This document shows positions 1 through 9,866 of a stretch of 64,000 bases of DNA, in pieces. The notes beneath the pieces were generated by a model. That model worked only from the letters and a program-made list of their open reading frames with translations, ran no database searches and was not told the DNA's origin. The position numbers and the translations under genes are program-made. This stretch comes from a virus (Duplodnaviria; Heunggongvirae; Uroviricota; Caudoviricetes). The first letter of the stretch is position 1, and each line of letters opens with the position of its first letter. The stretch lies in the IMG/VR virus record IMGVR_UViG_3300021600_000004; one strand, given 5' to 3'.

Positions 1-3000
1 GCATGAACATTGTTCATAACTGCCATAAATGTCTGACTAGTAGAGAGTAAACTATATCCACCAATAGAAGAAACTTCCTCTTTACCATTACTACCTATAA
101 TAGGAAGACTTGATAATAACAATTTAATTGCACTATTTGCTTTTTTAAATCCATCTATCTTATTAGCTTCTTGATAACTCTCTTTACCAGAGTTGTTCTC
201 ATCTCTTAATATAGCTTCATCATTTTCATCAAATGATATATTAAATGTATTTAAATATTCTTCATGTTTAGCTTTAATTGCTTCCCATTGTGCAAGTGTT
301 GTATTATATAATCCTTTCCATTTTACAACAACACCATCATACTGTTGAGGAGTGATTACATTTTGGTTTTTTAATTGTTGAGATACACCAATATTATTAA
401 GTATTGTGTTTTCTAAATCAGCTTTTAACTTAGCATATAATGCTTTCTTATTTTGTTTTATGATATTAAATAAACCTTCATTTGTACTAAATAAGTCTTT
501 AACAGTAGCATAAGTCATTTGTTGCATAATATCATGCAACTGCTCTCCAGTGATTCCAGCAATACTAAACTCACTACTATTATCACCATAAGCATCTTGT
601 ATATCTATCACACCTTTCTTAGCAAATGCTAATTTAGAATGATATGGAGAATAATCTTTATAATAACCATTTCCTATTTTTTCAAATAATTTTTCTGTAT
701 TATTCTTAGCATTTTTTCCAGTGAAAAAGTTTTTAATAAAATTAACAAGATCAGAAAATAACTTAACTATATATGGTCTTCCATCAACAGGTTTAACAGG
801 AACTTTACCAGTAAGAACATAATTTCTAAATTCTTCAGCTAATTGTTCTTTTAAATCTTGATCAGTAGCATCTTTATAATTATATTCTTTTCCTGTAACC
901 CTATCAACAAATGTTCCTTTTCTATTTCTAAATTCTTTTTGTATAGCAGCACGTTCTTGTGGATCAGAAAACATTTTCCAAACTGCTTCAAACACTTCAT
1001 GATATGCTGTACCAACCTCTGCATTTTCATATATATAAATAGCACCATCATGAAGCATACCCCATGCTTGTCTACCATTAGTAGCTTGAATAATATTCTG
1101 TACTCTATATACAGGAACATTAGGAAAATATGTCTTTAACCATTGTTCTAATTTTTTCCAATCTTCTCCTGCAAACTTCTTTGCTTGTTGTTCTATTCTA
1201 AGTCTAAAGTCACTATCATTTCTTGATGCAGCTACAGCAGCATTAATCTTTGTTTGTAAATCGTCATCAATAGATGCATCATCATTAAGTATTGTACTTT
1301 CAGGAGTAGTTTCAACAACTCCACCTTCTAAAGCAGCTAGTTCTGCATCATATTTAATTTCAATTAATTTTTTTAACCCTTCTTCAGTTTTTGCAGCTAA
1401 TCTTTCTCCACCATAAATTGTAGCATATTCTTTTATTCTTACTTCTCCAGTTTTATTTCCTGTTTTATCAGTAACATCAATCTCTATTGGTGTTATTTTA
1501 GATTCTGCTTCTTGCCTTCTTTTTTCTATATCAGCTTTCTTAGCATCTATATCAGAAACTACAGGAGCAGCTTGTGCAGCTATAGCAGCTTCTTTTGCAA
1601 CCTTCATAGCTTCTATTTCAGGAGCTACTTGTTGTAATACATATGCTCCATATATATTTTGAACCTGTTGAGCAACAGTTTGTATAATAATTCCATTAGC
1701 ATCTACATTATCAACTAATTTTTGTTTTTCTATAAATGCACTTGAAACAGCAGGATCAATAGTAAGATTAGTAAGTGTTAATGATTCACCAGGAACAACC
1801 TCTTGATTACCATCTAATTTAAACTTAATCTGTCCTGCTGATAATGTAATAATGTTTTCAGTGATACCATCTAATACAAATTTACCAGGGGTAGCATTTG
1901 GTGTAACAGCTTTAGCAGCAGCAGTTTGTTTTGCAGCTGCAGGAGTTAGAACAACACTAGTAGGAGCTATTGTAACTTTTGGAACAATAAACTTTTCTTC
2001 ATTACCTGAATAAGTAAAATATATACCCACTCTATTAGCATCATCTTCATTCTTAACAGCTCTCATTGGTGTAGATAGAGGAAGCTCATAAGACTTTCTA
2101 GTTTTTCCATCAGGAGTTTTACTAGATAGAAGGTAAGATTGATAGTTATCCCAATCTCTAGTTTCTATCTTACCATCTGCAGATATACCTATGATTTCTT
2201 CATAAGGTCTATTCCAATCTGTTTGAACTCTTTTAGAATTGATGTTATTATACATGCCTCCTAAAAGTGTAAGAATTTTATCTTTATTCTCTTCTAAAGA
2301 AGCAGGAGTGAATTCACAAACAGCTTCTCCTTTACCAGACATAAATAACATTAGTCCATCATCTACCTTCTCAAACCACACACTGTTATATCCAGCATTC
2401 TTTCTTACAAATTCACCATTAACATTCTTTTGTGGAGTTCCCCAATAGACAATAGTTCTTAACCAGTTTATCAATCTTACAGATTCTGGAGACTTAATGT
2501 TATTCATATTAGAAGCCAATTGGTGCATTGCTGCATATATTACAGGAGCTTCTTCTTTTGTAAGTTGTCTATTCTTTAATTTAGTATAACCATTCTTAAG
2601 TGATAAAAACACTCTACCTAAAGCATTCTCAAATCTAGTAGTTCCTTTTTCTAATAAAGGATTGGTTGTAGGAATAACTAAAGCAGGAGCATTAATTAAT
2701 GCATCATCTGTGATTAGTCCAGCAGCTTGTACAGATGTAACTTCATAATCTCTTACTTCTTTTCCTTCATCGTTTTGTTTAGTGCTATATTCAGGATTAC
2801 CAAAAGATGCTTTTATCTCATATGTGGTTAGAGAAGGATTTGATAATGTATCAGCTCTCCACTCATTATATTTTTTAGTAAGTTCTTTTGCTTCATGACT
2901 ATTTGGATCCCTGAACATGCTATCCTCATTATTGTTTCCCCAAGTTAATGTTTTAGGAAACACTTGATAAATAGCATTATGAACTGTAGGAGATTCTAAC

Positions 3001-6000
3001 ACCTCACCATCTACACCAACCAATTTACCATCATTATTAACCATAACTAACACTATGGTTTCTTCTGTATTTACATTAGCAGCTTTAATTGGATCACCAG
3101 CATCTTTTAAATGTTGTGTAAGACCAGGAAGTCCTAGTTGAGATTCATTAGCAGAAGTGACAATAACACCACGAACATTCTTCTTTTCATTATTAAGTCT
3201 AAATCCAAACAGATTAGCACGTACATGATGAGCTGCTAAAGGACCATTATTATATTCTTTTGTAGCAGGAGTAGTACCTGTTACAACCTCTGTATTAGAC
3301 TTTCTACTATTAGGATCATAAGCTGAATCATATTCTGTATTTTGCATACTGTCATTCAACGTACCTAACATCTCATTAACAAGAGCTTGATCCTTCTTCT
3401 GTTTTTCTATCTCAGCATCTCTTATCTTCTTTTCTTCTACAAACTTTTCAAATGCTGCTAGAATTTGTTGTTTAGCAATCTGTTCATTAATTAATTCATT
3501 AATTCCTGATTCTAATTCTTTTATTTGTTCTCTAAGTTTTTCAACCCTATTTGATAAGTCTGGAATCTTTAACTCGTTTGAGAAATCATTTATCTGACTT
3601 TCAAGATCAAGTACAAGTTCTGTATATCCAAGTTTTCCTTCTATGAATGCTTTAGCTCCTTCTTCTCCTTGATATTTTTCAAGGTTAGTTTGAAGTGCTT
3701 CTAAAGAAAGAGGAACATTCTTATTCTCTTCTTTTAATCTTTTAACAAAATCATTAAGTAGAGATAGAGCATTTGTTAATGCTTCATCAATAGACTTAAC
3801 TAAAGACTTACCTGTTTTAATAGCATCTCCAGTGTTATCTATAAGTTCTTCTAGTGTAGATATATCATCTTTCAATTGTGCTAATAACTCAACACCACCT
3901 TCAGCTAGTTCAGATGTGTTTTGTGATAGGTCTTGAAAATATGGAAGTGTAGCCTCAAGCTCTTCTTTCTCAGCTTCTAATGATGCTATTTGATTTTCTA
4001 CATCTTGTTTTGCTGTAGATAAATCATTGATAGTTTTTTTAATTGCTTTTGTGAATTGTTTTCTAGCAAGACCTTCTTTTGTTTTAGATAGATTATCTAA
4101 AGCATCAACTATATCAGAAAGTTTTTCTTTGTTCTTATCAAGAGTTTTATTAATCTCATCAAGTCTTTCTTTAGAAGATGTATAAAGATCTAATATAATT
4201 TTATTTCTTGTATCAAGTTTCTCTTGAGCACTAACCTCAGCTTGAAGAGCTTCACTAGCCTTCATTGTAAACTTCTTATTAGACCAAATTTGAGCAACTG
4301 TAAATCCTTGTTTAGGACTAAATTGATCTCTTGTAACTTGTCTTACAAACTTACCATCTAATGAATAAAAGAATAATCTATCTGTATCAGGATCATAACT
4401 AAGTGTTCCTTCTTTTATAACACCTTTACCAAGATTAAATTTAAATATGTGATCTGTAGTATCTATAAAAAACTTAGCATTTTCTCTCTTATCAGTATCA
4501 CTTACCTTACCTAGTTTATATTTTTCAAAAGCTTCTTTAGTTACTTTAGATTGTTTACCATCTGCACCTTGTATAATTATATCACCATTTTCAGTTTCAC
4601 CAACCACTGTAAATCTAGAAAACTTACTAATTGTATATCCTTCATTAGTATCTCTTTTACCACCAGCATAATACTCTGTACCAATTTCTAACTCTCTATC
4701 ACCATTAGCATCTTTTATAGATATAGTCTTTTTTCCTTTATTAACTACATCTGGTATAGGTTCTTCTTCTTCTTCCTGAGTGGTATATTCTGCAGGTTTG
4801 GTTTTAATATCATTATATTCTTTTAAGAACTGTTGTCTACGAAGACTTATTTCAGAAATATCCTGTAATGCTTGTAAACTATCATCTTTAGTTATAGGAT
4901 TACCATTTTCAATAATAGCTTTTGCTTCATTGTAACTAGCAGAATCTCCAGCAATTAAATCATTAATAATTGAATCAATATTATCAACACCTGAGTTTAA
5001 TAGTTTTTCAGATAATTGGGGTATACGTTTATCATAATCAGCCACCTTACTAGCAGCATAGATCATTTTATCCATCACCTCTTGGTTATACAAAGGTTTC
5101 TTATCTTCATTAACCATACCACCATATCTAAGAGATAGTGATTGATGTAATGATTTAATATTATTAGCAGTGGTTTCAAGACTATTTAATCTTTGTAAAA
5201 ACTGTTCTCTTGTATCAGATGCATATGCTTTACCTTCTGCTTGTAACTGTGAAAATCCCTCATCTGTCATTGCAAGCTGTCTATAGTCTGCTATATCAGA
5301 AGTAACAAGATCAAACCTACCATATTTAATACGAGGAGTTAGATAGTTAATAATGTAATCAGCTTCTTTATCCTTGCTTTCAAGAACATCACCTTGTCTT
5401 ATTGCTGCTTCTCTATCTTCTTGAATAGCAGTACCACGATTAACTGAATCTATAGTGGCTTTTGTAAAATCAGAAAGTTTTGCTGTATTAAATCCAGCAT
5501 TAGCTCCAGTAGAAGAACCTAATGCAGCAGCTGTATTTTTAGAAAGCTCAGCGTTTTCACTAAACTTTCCTCTAACTTGCATTAATGAACCAGACAAACC
5601 ACCAATAAGGATATTACTCATACCCTCATTTGTAGTGAGTGTTTGTCCAATACCTTCACCTAAACTATCTAGAAAACTTCTAGTAGTATCATTTTTATAT
5701 TTCTTGTTATAATAATCTTGTGTACCAACTTGAATAGCATATTGTGCACCTTCTTCAAATCCTTCTGATGCAGAGAATAAATAAGGTCTCACTTTATTTA
5801 TAGTGGATAGCACTTTACCAAATTTAGTAGGTGCCTCAATAAACTTACCTGTAGCATCTACTGCCACATCTTCTATTTCTTTAGTTAGACTATTAACAAT
5901 TCCTTTTTCTGCTCTATAAGAAGAACCTAGTATTTTAGGAAACTGAATATAGTTAGTGGCTGTAAGAAGAGCTGTATTTAATCCAAATGAAGAATTACCT

Positions 6001-6959
6001 ACACTATCTGCTTGTCTATTAATTTCTTCAAGATCAGCACCTTCAGGAGCTAATCCAAGGTGAGTTTTTTTATATTCTGCTATTCTTTCACTTCTGAATT
6101 GATTCAAGTTATTATATGCTTCAAATCCAGCTTCGCCTGTAGTTGATAGTCCTGCAACAACAGCTCTTTGCCCTGTGCTTAGAACTTTGTATGATCCTAA
6201 ATATTGATCAGATAAAGATTTAATTTTACCAAAGGTACCAGCTGCTTTATCAGTAGCTAATAATCCTTCTTCTATAGCAGCAACAGTTTCACCAGTCTTA
6301 CCTATAGAAAGTAATTTAGCAGCACCTCCCATAGAAGATAATGCTTTTGTAGCACTAGCAAGAGCACCAGCATATACCATTCCTGATAATGCTGCACCTG
6401 CTGAGAATCCCATATTTTTTACAATACCATCCCAAAGGAAGTTAGCTGTAAGAATTTTACTTGGAGAATACCAATCAGCATTTTTTTCTTCCTGAGTATA
6501 ATAGTTAGGAAGAATGTCTTCATATTTTTTATTAAATTCATCTAGAGACTTATTATAATCATTATCATAAAATGATGAAAATTTACCATCTTTAGCCCAT
6601 TGTCCTAAACCATTAACAAGTCCTGCTGTAGATTGTAAGAATGTTGTACCTGTAAGTAAAAGTCCTTTACCTACACCATTCATCATTTTATCTGTCCATT
6701 TTTGATTCTTAGCATAAAGCTCCTCATTATCAATACCTTTAAATGTTGCATTAAACCTACTTGAAAGATCTGCAGTTTTATATGCATATTGTGTACTGTC
6801 AGGTGTAGACATAGCTTTACTAAGCAAACTTTGAAGTTCTGTTTGTGTTGCACCTTTTGCAATACCACCATTATCATCTGCTACTGGAATAGGTTTAACT
6901 TCAGGGCCTCCTAAATTTTCTATACTATTTGCCCAGGTATTGAAATCTTGATCGCTCAT
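1..6959 (-). CDS. Giant virion-associated protein, N-terminus complete at ATG 6959, C-terminus truncated by window edge (>=2319 aa). A coiled-coil-rich stretch lies around 3400-4300. Possible tail or ejected cargo protein, or virion RNAP-like
   Basis: Hand translation of the minus frame from ATG 6959 down to 6540 gives MSDQDFNTWANSIENLGGPEVKPIPVADDNGG... with no stop. The same frame is open at 3480-3600 (SQINDFSNELKIPDLSNRVEKLREQIKELESGINELINEQ) and at 1-60, where the other two frames contain stops. The ORF track shows only tiny ORFs in this 7 kb, so any stop in this frame would have produced a listed ORF. A 7-nt gap separates it from the upstream gene. Confidence 0.7.
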   Translation of the reverse strand, partial: MSDQDFNTWANSIENLGGPEVKPIPVADDNGGIAKGATQTELQSLLSKAMSTPDSTQYAYKTADLSSRFNATFKGIDNEELYAKNQKWTDKMMNGVGKGLLLTGTTFLQSTAGLVNGLGQWAKDGKFSSFYDNDYNKSLDEFNKKYEDILPNYYTQEEKNADWYSPSKILTANFLWDGIVKNMGFSAGAALSGMVYAGALASATKALSSMGGAAKLLSIGKTGETVAAIEEGLLATDKAAGTFGKIKSLSDQYLGSYKVLSTGQRAVVAGLSTTGEAGFEAYNNLNQFRSERIAEYKKTHLGLAPEGADLEEINRQADSVGNSSFGLNTALLTATNYIQFPKILGSSYRAEKGIVNSLTKEIEDVAVDATGKFIEAPTKFGKVLSTINKVRPYLFSASEGFEEGAQYAIQVGTQDYYNKKYKNDTTRSFLDSLGEGIGQTLTTNEGMSNILIGGLSGSLMQVRGKFSENAELSKNTAAALGSSTGANAGFNTAKLSDFTKATIDSVNRGTAIQEDREAAIRQGDVLESKDKEADYIINYLTPRIKYGRFDLVTSDIADYRQLAMTDEGFSQLQAEGKAYASDTREQFLQRLNSLETTANNIKSLHQSLSLRYGGMVNEDKKPLYNQEVMDKMIYAASKVADYDKRIPQLSEKLLNSGVDNIDSIINDLIAGDSASYNEAKAIIENGNPITKDDSLQALQDISEISLRRQQFLKEYNDIKTKPAEYTTQEEEEEPIPDVVNKGKKTISIKDANGDRELEIGTEYYAGGKRDTNEGYTISKFSRFTVVGETENGDIIIQGADGKQSKVTKEAFEKYKLGKVSDTDKRENAKFFIDTTDHIFKFNLGKGVIKEGTLSYDPDTDRLFFYSLDGKFVRQVTRDQFSPKQGFTVAQIWSNKKFTMKASEALQAEVSAQEKLDTRNKIILDLYTSSKERLDEINKTLDKNKEKLSDIVDALDNLSKTKEGLARKQFTKAIKKTINDLSTAKQDVENQIASLEAEKEELEATLPYFQDLSQNTSELAEGGVELLAQLKDDISTLEELIDNTGDAIKTGKSLVKSIDEALTNALSLLNDFVKRLKEENKNVPLSLEALQTNLEKYQGEEGAKAFIEGKLGYTELVLDLESQINDFSNELKIPDLSNRVEKLREQIKELESGINELINEQIAKQQILAAFEKFVEEKKIRDAEIEKQKKDQALVNEMLGTLNDSMQNTEYDSAYDPNSRKSNTEVVTGTTPATKEYNNGPLAAHHVRANLFGFRLNNEKKNVRGVIVTSANESQLGLPGLTQHLKDAGDPIKAANVNTEETIVLVMVNNDGKLVGVDGEVLESPTVHNAIYQVFPKTLTWGNNNEDSMFRDPNSHEAKELTKKYNEWRADTLSNPSLTTYEIKASFGNPEYSTKQNDEGKEVRDYEVTSVQAAGLITDDALINAPALVIPTTNPLLEKGTTRFENALGRVFLSLKNGYTKLKNRQLTKEEAPVIYAAMHQLASNMNNIKSPESVRLINWLRTIVYWGTPQKNVNGEFVRKNAGYNSVWFEKVDDGLMLFMSGKGEAVCEFTPASLEENKDKILTLLGGMYNNINSKRVQTDWNRPYEEIIGISADGKIETRDWDNYQSYLLSSKTPDGKTRKSYELPLSTPMRAVKNEDDANRVGIYFTYSGNEEKFIVPKVTIAPTSVVLTPAAAKQTAAAKAVTPNATPGKFVLDGITENIITLSAGQIKFKLDGNQEVVPGESLTLTNLTIDPAVSSAFIEKQKLVDNVDANGIIIQTVAQQVQNIYGAYVLQQVAPEIEAMKVAKEAAIAAQAAPVVSDIDAKKADIEKRRQEAESKITPIEIDVTDKTGNKTGEVRIKEYATIYGGERLAAKTEEGLKKLIEIKYDAELAALEGGVVETTPESTILNDDASIDDDLQTKINAAVAASRNDSDFRLRIEQQAKKFAGEDWKKLEQWLKTYFPNVPVYRVQNIIQATNGRQAWGMLHDGAIYIYENAEVGTAYHEVFEAVWKMFSDPQERAAIQKEFRNRKGTFVDRVTGKEYNYKDATDQDLKEQLAEEFRNYVLTGKVPVKPVDGRPYIVKLFSDLVNFIKNFFTGKNAKNNTEKLFEKIGNGYYKDYSPYHSKLAFAKKGVIDIQDAYGDNSSEFSIAGITGEQLHDIMQQMTYATVKDLFSTNEGLFNIIKQNKKALYAKLKADLENTILNNIGVSQQLKNQNVITPQQYDGVVVKWKGLYNTTLAQWEAIKAKHEEYLNTFNISFDENDEAILRDENNSGKESYQEANKIDGFKKANSAIKLLLSSLPIIGSNGKEEVSSIGGYSLLSTSQTFMAVMNNVH

Positions 6960-6966
6960 GTATTTC

Positions 6967-9780
6967 TTATTTTTTACTATTATCTATGAAGTATGAAATT
7001 TGTCCAGGTGTACTGATTCCTTTTAAATATGTTTCAGCAGCATCTGCATTAGGAAATGTTAAAGGTGTATTATTTTTCTTTTCATGATATATTGGAATTG
7101 CTGTAGGAGTGCCATCTGGAGATTTAACATAAATGTATGCATTATACCCTCCATATGATTCAAATATATCTCCACCTAAGATTCTTGGATCTTCCACTTT
7201 GAAAGCACTCTGATCAAAGAATGCTCCATTAGCTGCATTAGGATCTGTTGGATTACTTACTAATGCATTTGTAGATCTTTTGTTACCACTCCATTGAATT
7301 TTTTTAGCAGCATCAGATACTCCTGCTGGAATATTTAATTGTTTTCCAGTGATAGCTTTATATCCTTGTGGAGTGAGTGGAACACTTTGTATTAATTGTT
7401 TACCATCATAAAGATCTAAAGTTAATTGTTGATCAGGATTTGCAGCAGTACCTCTATCTGCATTAACAACAATATTGTATTTATCTTTCATTGCTCCTGT
7501 TCCTGAATAAGCTTCCTCAAATTTAGAAACATCTACACCAGCTCTAGTGTATGTATTTAGATAGGTTTTTAAATGATTATCAATATTTTCTTTTTCAGCA
7601 GGTTTCATTGCTGTTGGATAAATACTATACATCAATGGAGAGTTACCCATTTCTCTAGATTTAATTGCTGCTTCTTTAGCTGCAATTATATCACCTCCTA
7701 TTTTACTAACAATAGTATGATTTGCTTCTATTATTTTATTAGCATTATCAACATCAACTCCAGCAAAATGAAGATTATATGGACTAAGAATTTTTCCACC
7801 TACTTTTGCAACACCTAATATATCATATATTTCACTAGCAGGTCTTCCAAATTTATTAACAAGTGTAGCCTCAGCTTGTTTGGCTATTGCTTTTTCAGCA
7901 GGAGTTTTAATTATACCACCAAGTTGCCCCATAGTAGCAAGTATTACATCTTGTTGTGTAAGTGTTAAAGTTATTTTTTTACGTGCTCCAAAGAAAGGTC
8001 TATTGCTAGCTATTAGTCCATTATCTGGTTCATCATATGTAACCGTAAATGGTTTAATTCCTTTTCCTAATTTTGAAAAATCAATATTTTTACCAGCAGC
8101 TAAAACTTCTGGAGAGTTATCAATTTCTTTAAGTTCTTGTGCATGTGCTTCTAATGCTTTTTCAGCATTTGTTACAACATTTAATCCTGAAGATAGTGTT
8201 GGAAATGCTTTAGGATTACCTTTTACATCTGTTTTAGCTTTTTCATAAGTTCTATTTATAAAACCAGGATCATTTGAATTTGATTTATTAATTTGTGCAG
8301 CAACTTCATCTCTACTCATGCTCTTACCATTACTAGCATTTAGTGCAAGCATGTAATCTATAACAAACTTATTTTTATTACTATCAAAGTTATCTTGTAC
8401 TTTTTGACCTTTAGCTATAAAATCTCCTAGATATCCATAATCTTTTACAGGAGCTTCTATAGGAAGTTCTGACTTTCCATTAGGGTTTTGATTGTTAGGA
8501 TTATCAGGATCGTATTTCCATTTTTCTGCGTCTAATGCTAACTTACCTCTACTAATTTCAACACCTGCCCAACCTCTTTTAGATTCATCTTGTTTACTCC
8601 ACCAACCTCTTTCATCTTCAATCTGTTGTCTATGAGCTTCCCAAGGAGCACTTTTTTCATATGTTTTACTTGTACGCTCTGTAACAAAGGCTCTCATCCA
8701 ATCATTTTTCTTAACTTGTGTTTGTAATGCTCCTTTATAAGCATCTAAACTACCAGCATTTTCAACTGCTGAAATTTGACTATCTTCAAGAGATGTAAGA
8801 TTTATAATATCAGAATCTACTTTAGTTAAAGCTGATTCATATAATTTTACTTTTTCAGGATCTTTTTCAATAATTTTTTTAGCCATTAAGTCTACCTTTC
8901 TAGCTTCTAATAAAGAAACACCTTCTTCTTTTGCTTGATGATATTGTTTTATAAAATCATTCTTATCTGTATAGCCTCTATAGTTATAGATTCCTTGCAT
9001 AATTAATTCTTGCCTTGCTTCTGGTCTAGATAGAACACCATTGATAGCAGCTTGAACATTCTCAGAAAATCTACCCTCTCTTATTTCTTTTACAGCATAA
9101 GGAGATAACATAGGTCCTTTATCAATCTCAACTATTTTTCCTGTATTAGGATCTTTCTGTTTAACTATTTCATGCTTATATTTTCCTGTTATCTCATCTC
9201 TAACAAAAACTTGTTCTGCTGTCCATTTACTATCACCTACAGCTTTTATAGCCTCTTGCATATTTTTATCAATATCCCAAGATTTAATATATTTTCCACC
9301 AAATGTAATAGGCTTACCATCATCTCCTACTAGTTTATCATTATTTAAATAAGAAGCACGTTTTAATTGATATACATATTCAGCATGAGGAGTAAGAGTT
9401 CCTTTCTTTTTATCAGCTTCCATCTCTTCTAATTGTTGTCTATCATTAGCAGTGGATGAGACAGCAGCTTGTATAATAGGATCTTTAACAATTGATGTAG
9501 CCATACCACCAACAGAGTTAACTAATTGATGATTAGAGAAATCTCCAGCAGCTACTGTCTTAAGTTTACTTCCTAAATCAGCAAGACTAGATTGTAAATG
9601 TTGTTTATCTACATCTCTACTTACACTCATTCCAGCTACATTATCAATATATCCTTGGATCTTTTGAACTCCTTGGTCATATTGCTGTTGCTTGTACATA
9701 CCAACTTGCTGCATTTCTTGTGCAGGAAGCTGTTGGATGTAGGGATTAAACTGTGATATTTTGTCTGTAAATGAGGCCAT
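6967..9780 (-). CDS. Large virion (tail or cargo) protein, 937 aa
   Basis: Long intact ORF, tightly packed in the operon of giant genes; no recognisable catalytic motif. Confidence 0.65.
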   Translation of the reverse strand: MASFTDKISQFNPYIQQLPAQEMQQVGMYKQQQYDQGVQKIQGYIDNVAGMSVSRDVDKQHLQSSLADLGSKLKTVAAGDFSNHQLVNSVGGMATSIVKDPIIQAAVSSTANDRQQLEEMEADKKKGTLTPHAEYVYQLKRASYLNNDKLVGDDGKPITFGGKYIKSWDIDKNMQEAIKAVGDSKWTAEQVFVRDEITGKYKHEIVKQKDPNTGKIVEIDKGPMLSPYAVKEIREGRFSENVQAAINGVLSRPEARQELIMQGIYNYRGYTDKNDFIKQYHQAKEEGVSLLEARKVDLMAKKIIEKDPEKVKLYESALTKVDSDIINLTSLEDSQISAVENAGSLDAYKGALQTQVKKNDWMRAFVTERTSKTYEKSAPWEAHRQQIEDERGWWSKQDESKRGWAGVEISRGKLALDAEKWKYDPDNPNNQNPNGKSELPIEAPVKDYGYLGDFIAKGQKVQDNFDSNKNKFVIDYMLALNASNGKSMSRDEVAAQINKSNSNDPGFINRTYEKAKTDVKGNPKAFPTLSSGLNVVTNAEKALEAHAQELKEIDNSPEVLAAGKNIDFSKLGKGIKPFTVTYDEPDNGLIASNRPFFGARKKITLTLTQQDVILATMGQLGGIIKTPAEKAIAKQAEATLVNKFGRPASEIYDILGVAKVGGKILSPYNLHFAGVDVDNANKIIEANHTIVSKIGGDIIAAKEAAIKSREMGNSPLMYSIYPTAMKPAEKENIDNHLKTYLNTYTRAGVDVSKFEEAYSGTGAMKDKYNIVVNADRGTAANPDQQLTLDLYDGKQLIQSVPLTPQGYKAITGKQLNIPAGVSDAAKKIQWSGNKRSTNALVSNPTDPNAANGAFFDQSAFKVEDPRILGGDIFESYGGYNAYIYVKSPDGTPTAIPIYHEKKNNTPLTFPNADAAETYLKGISTPGQISYFIDNSKK

Positions 9781-9866
9781 AGTATTAGAATTAACAAATG
9801 TAACTTAAAATATTATATATACCAAGAGAATTAACCATTTGTGTTAATCTGGTATAACTGAATTGG

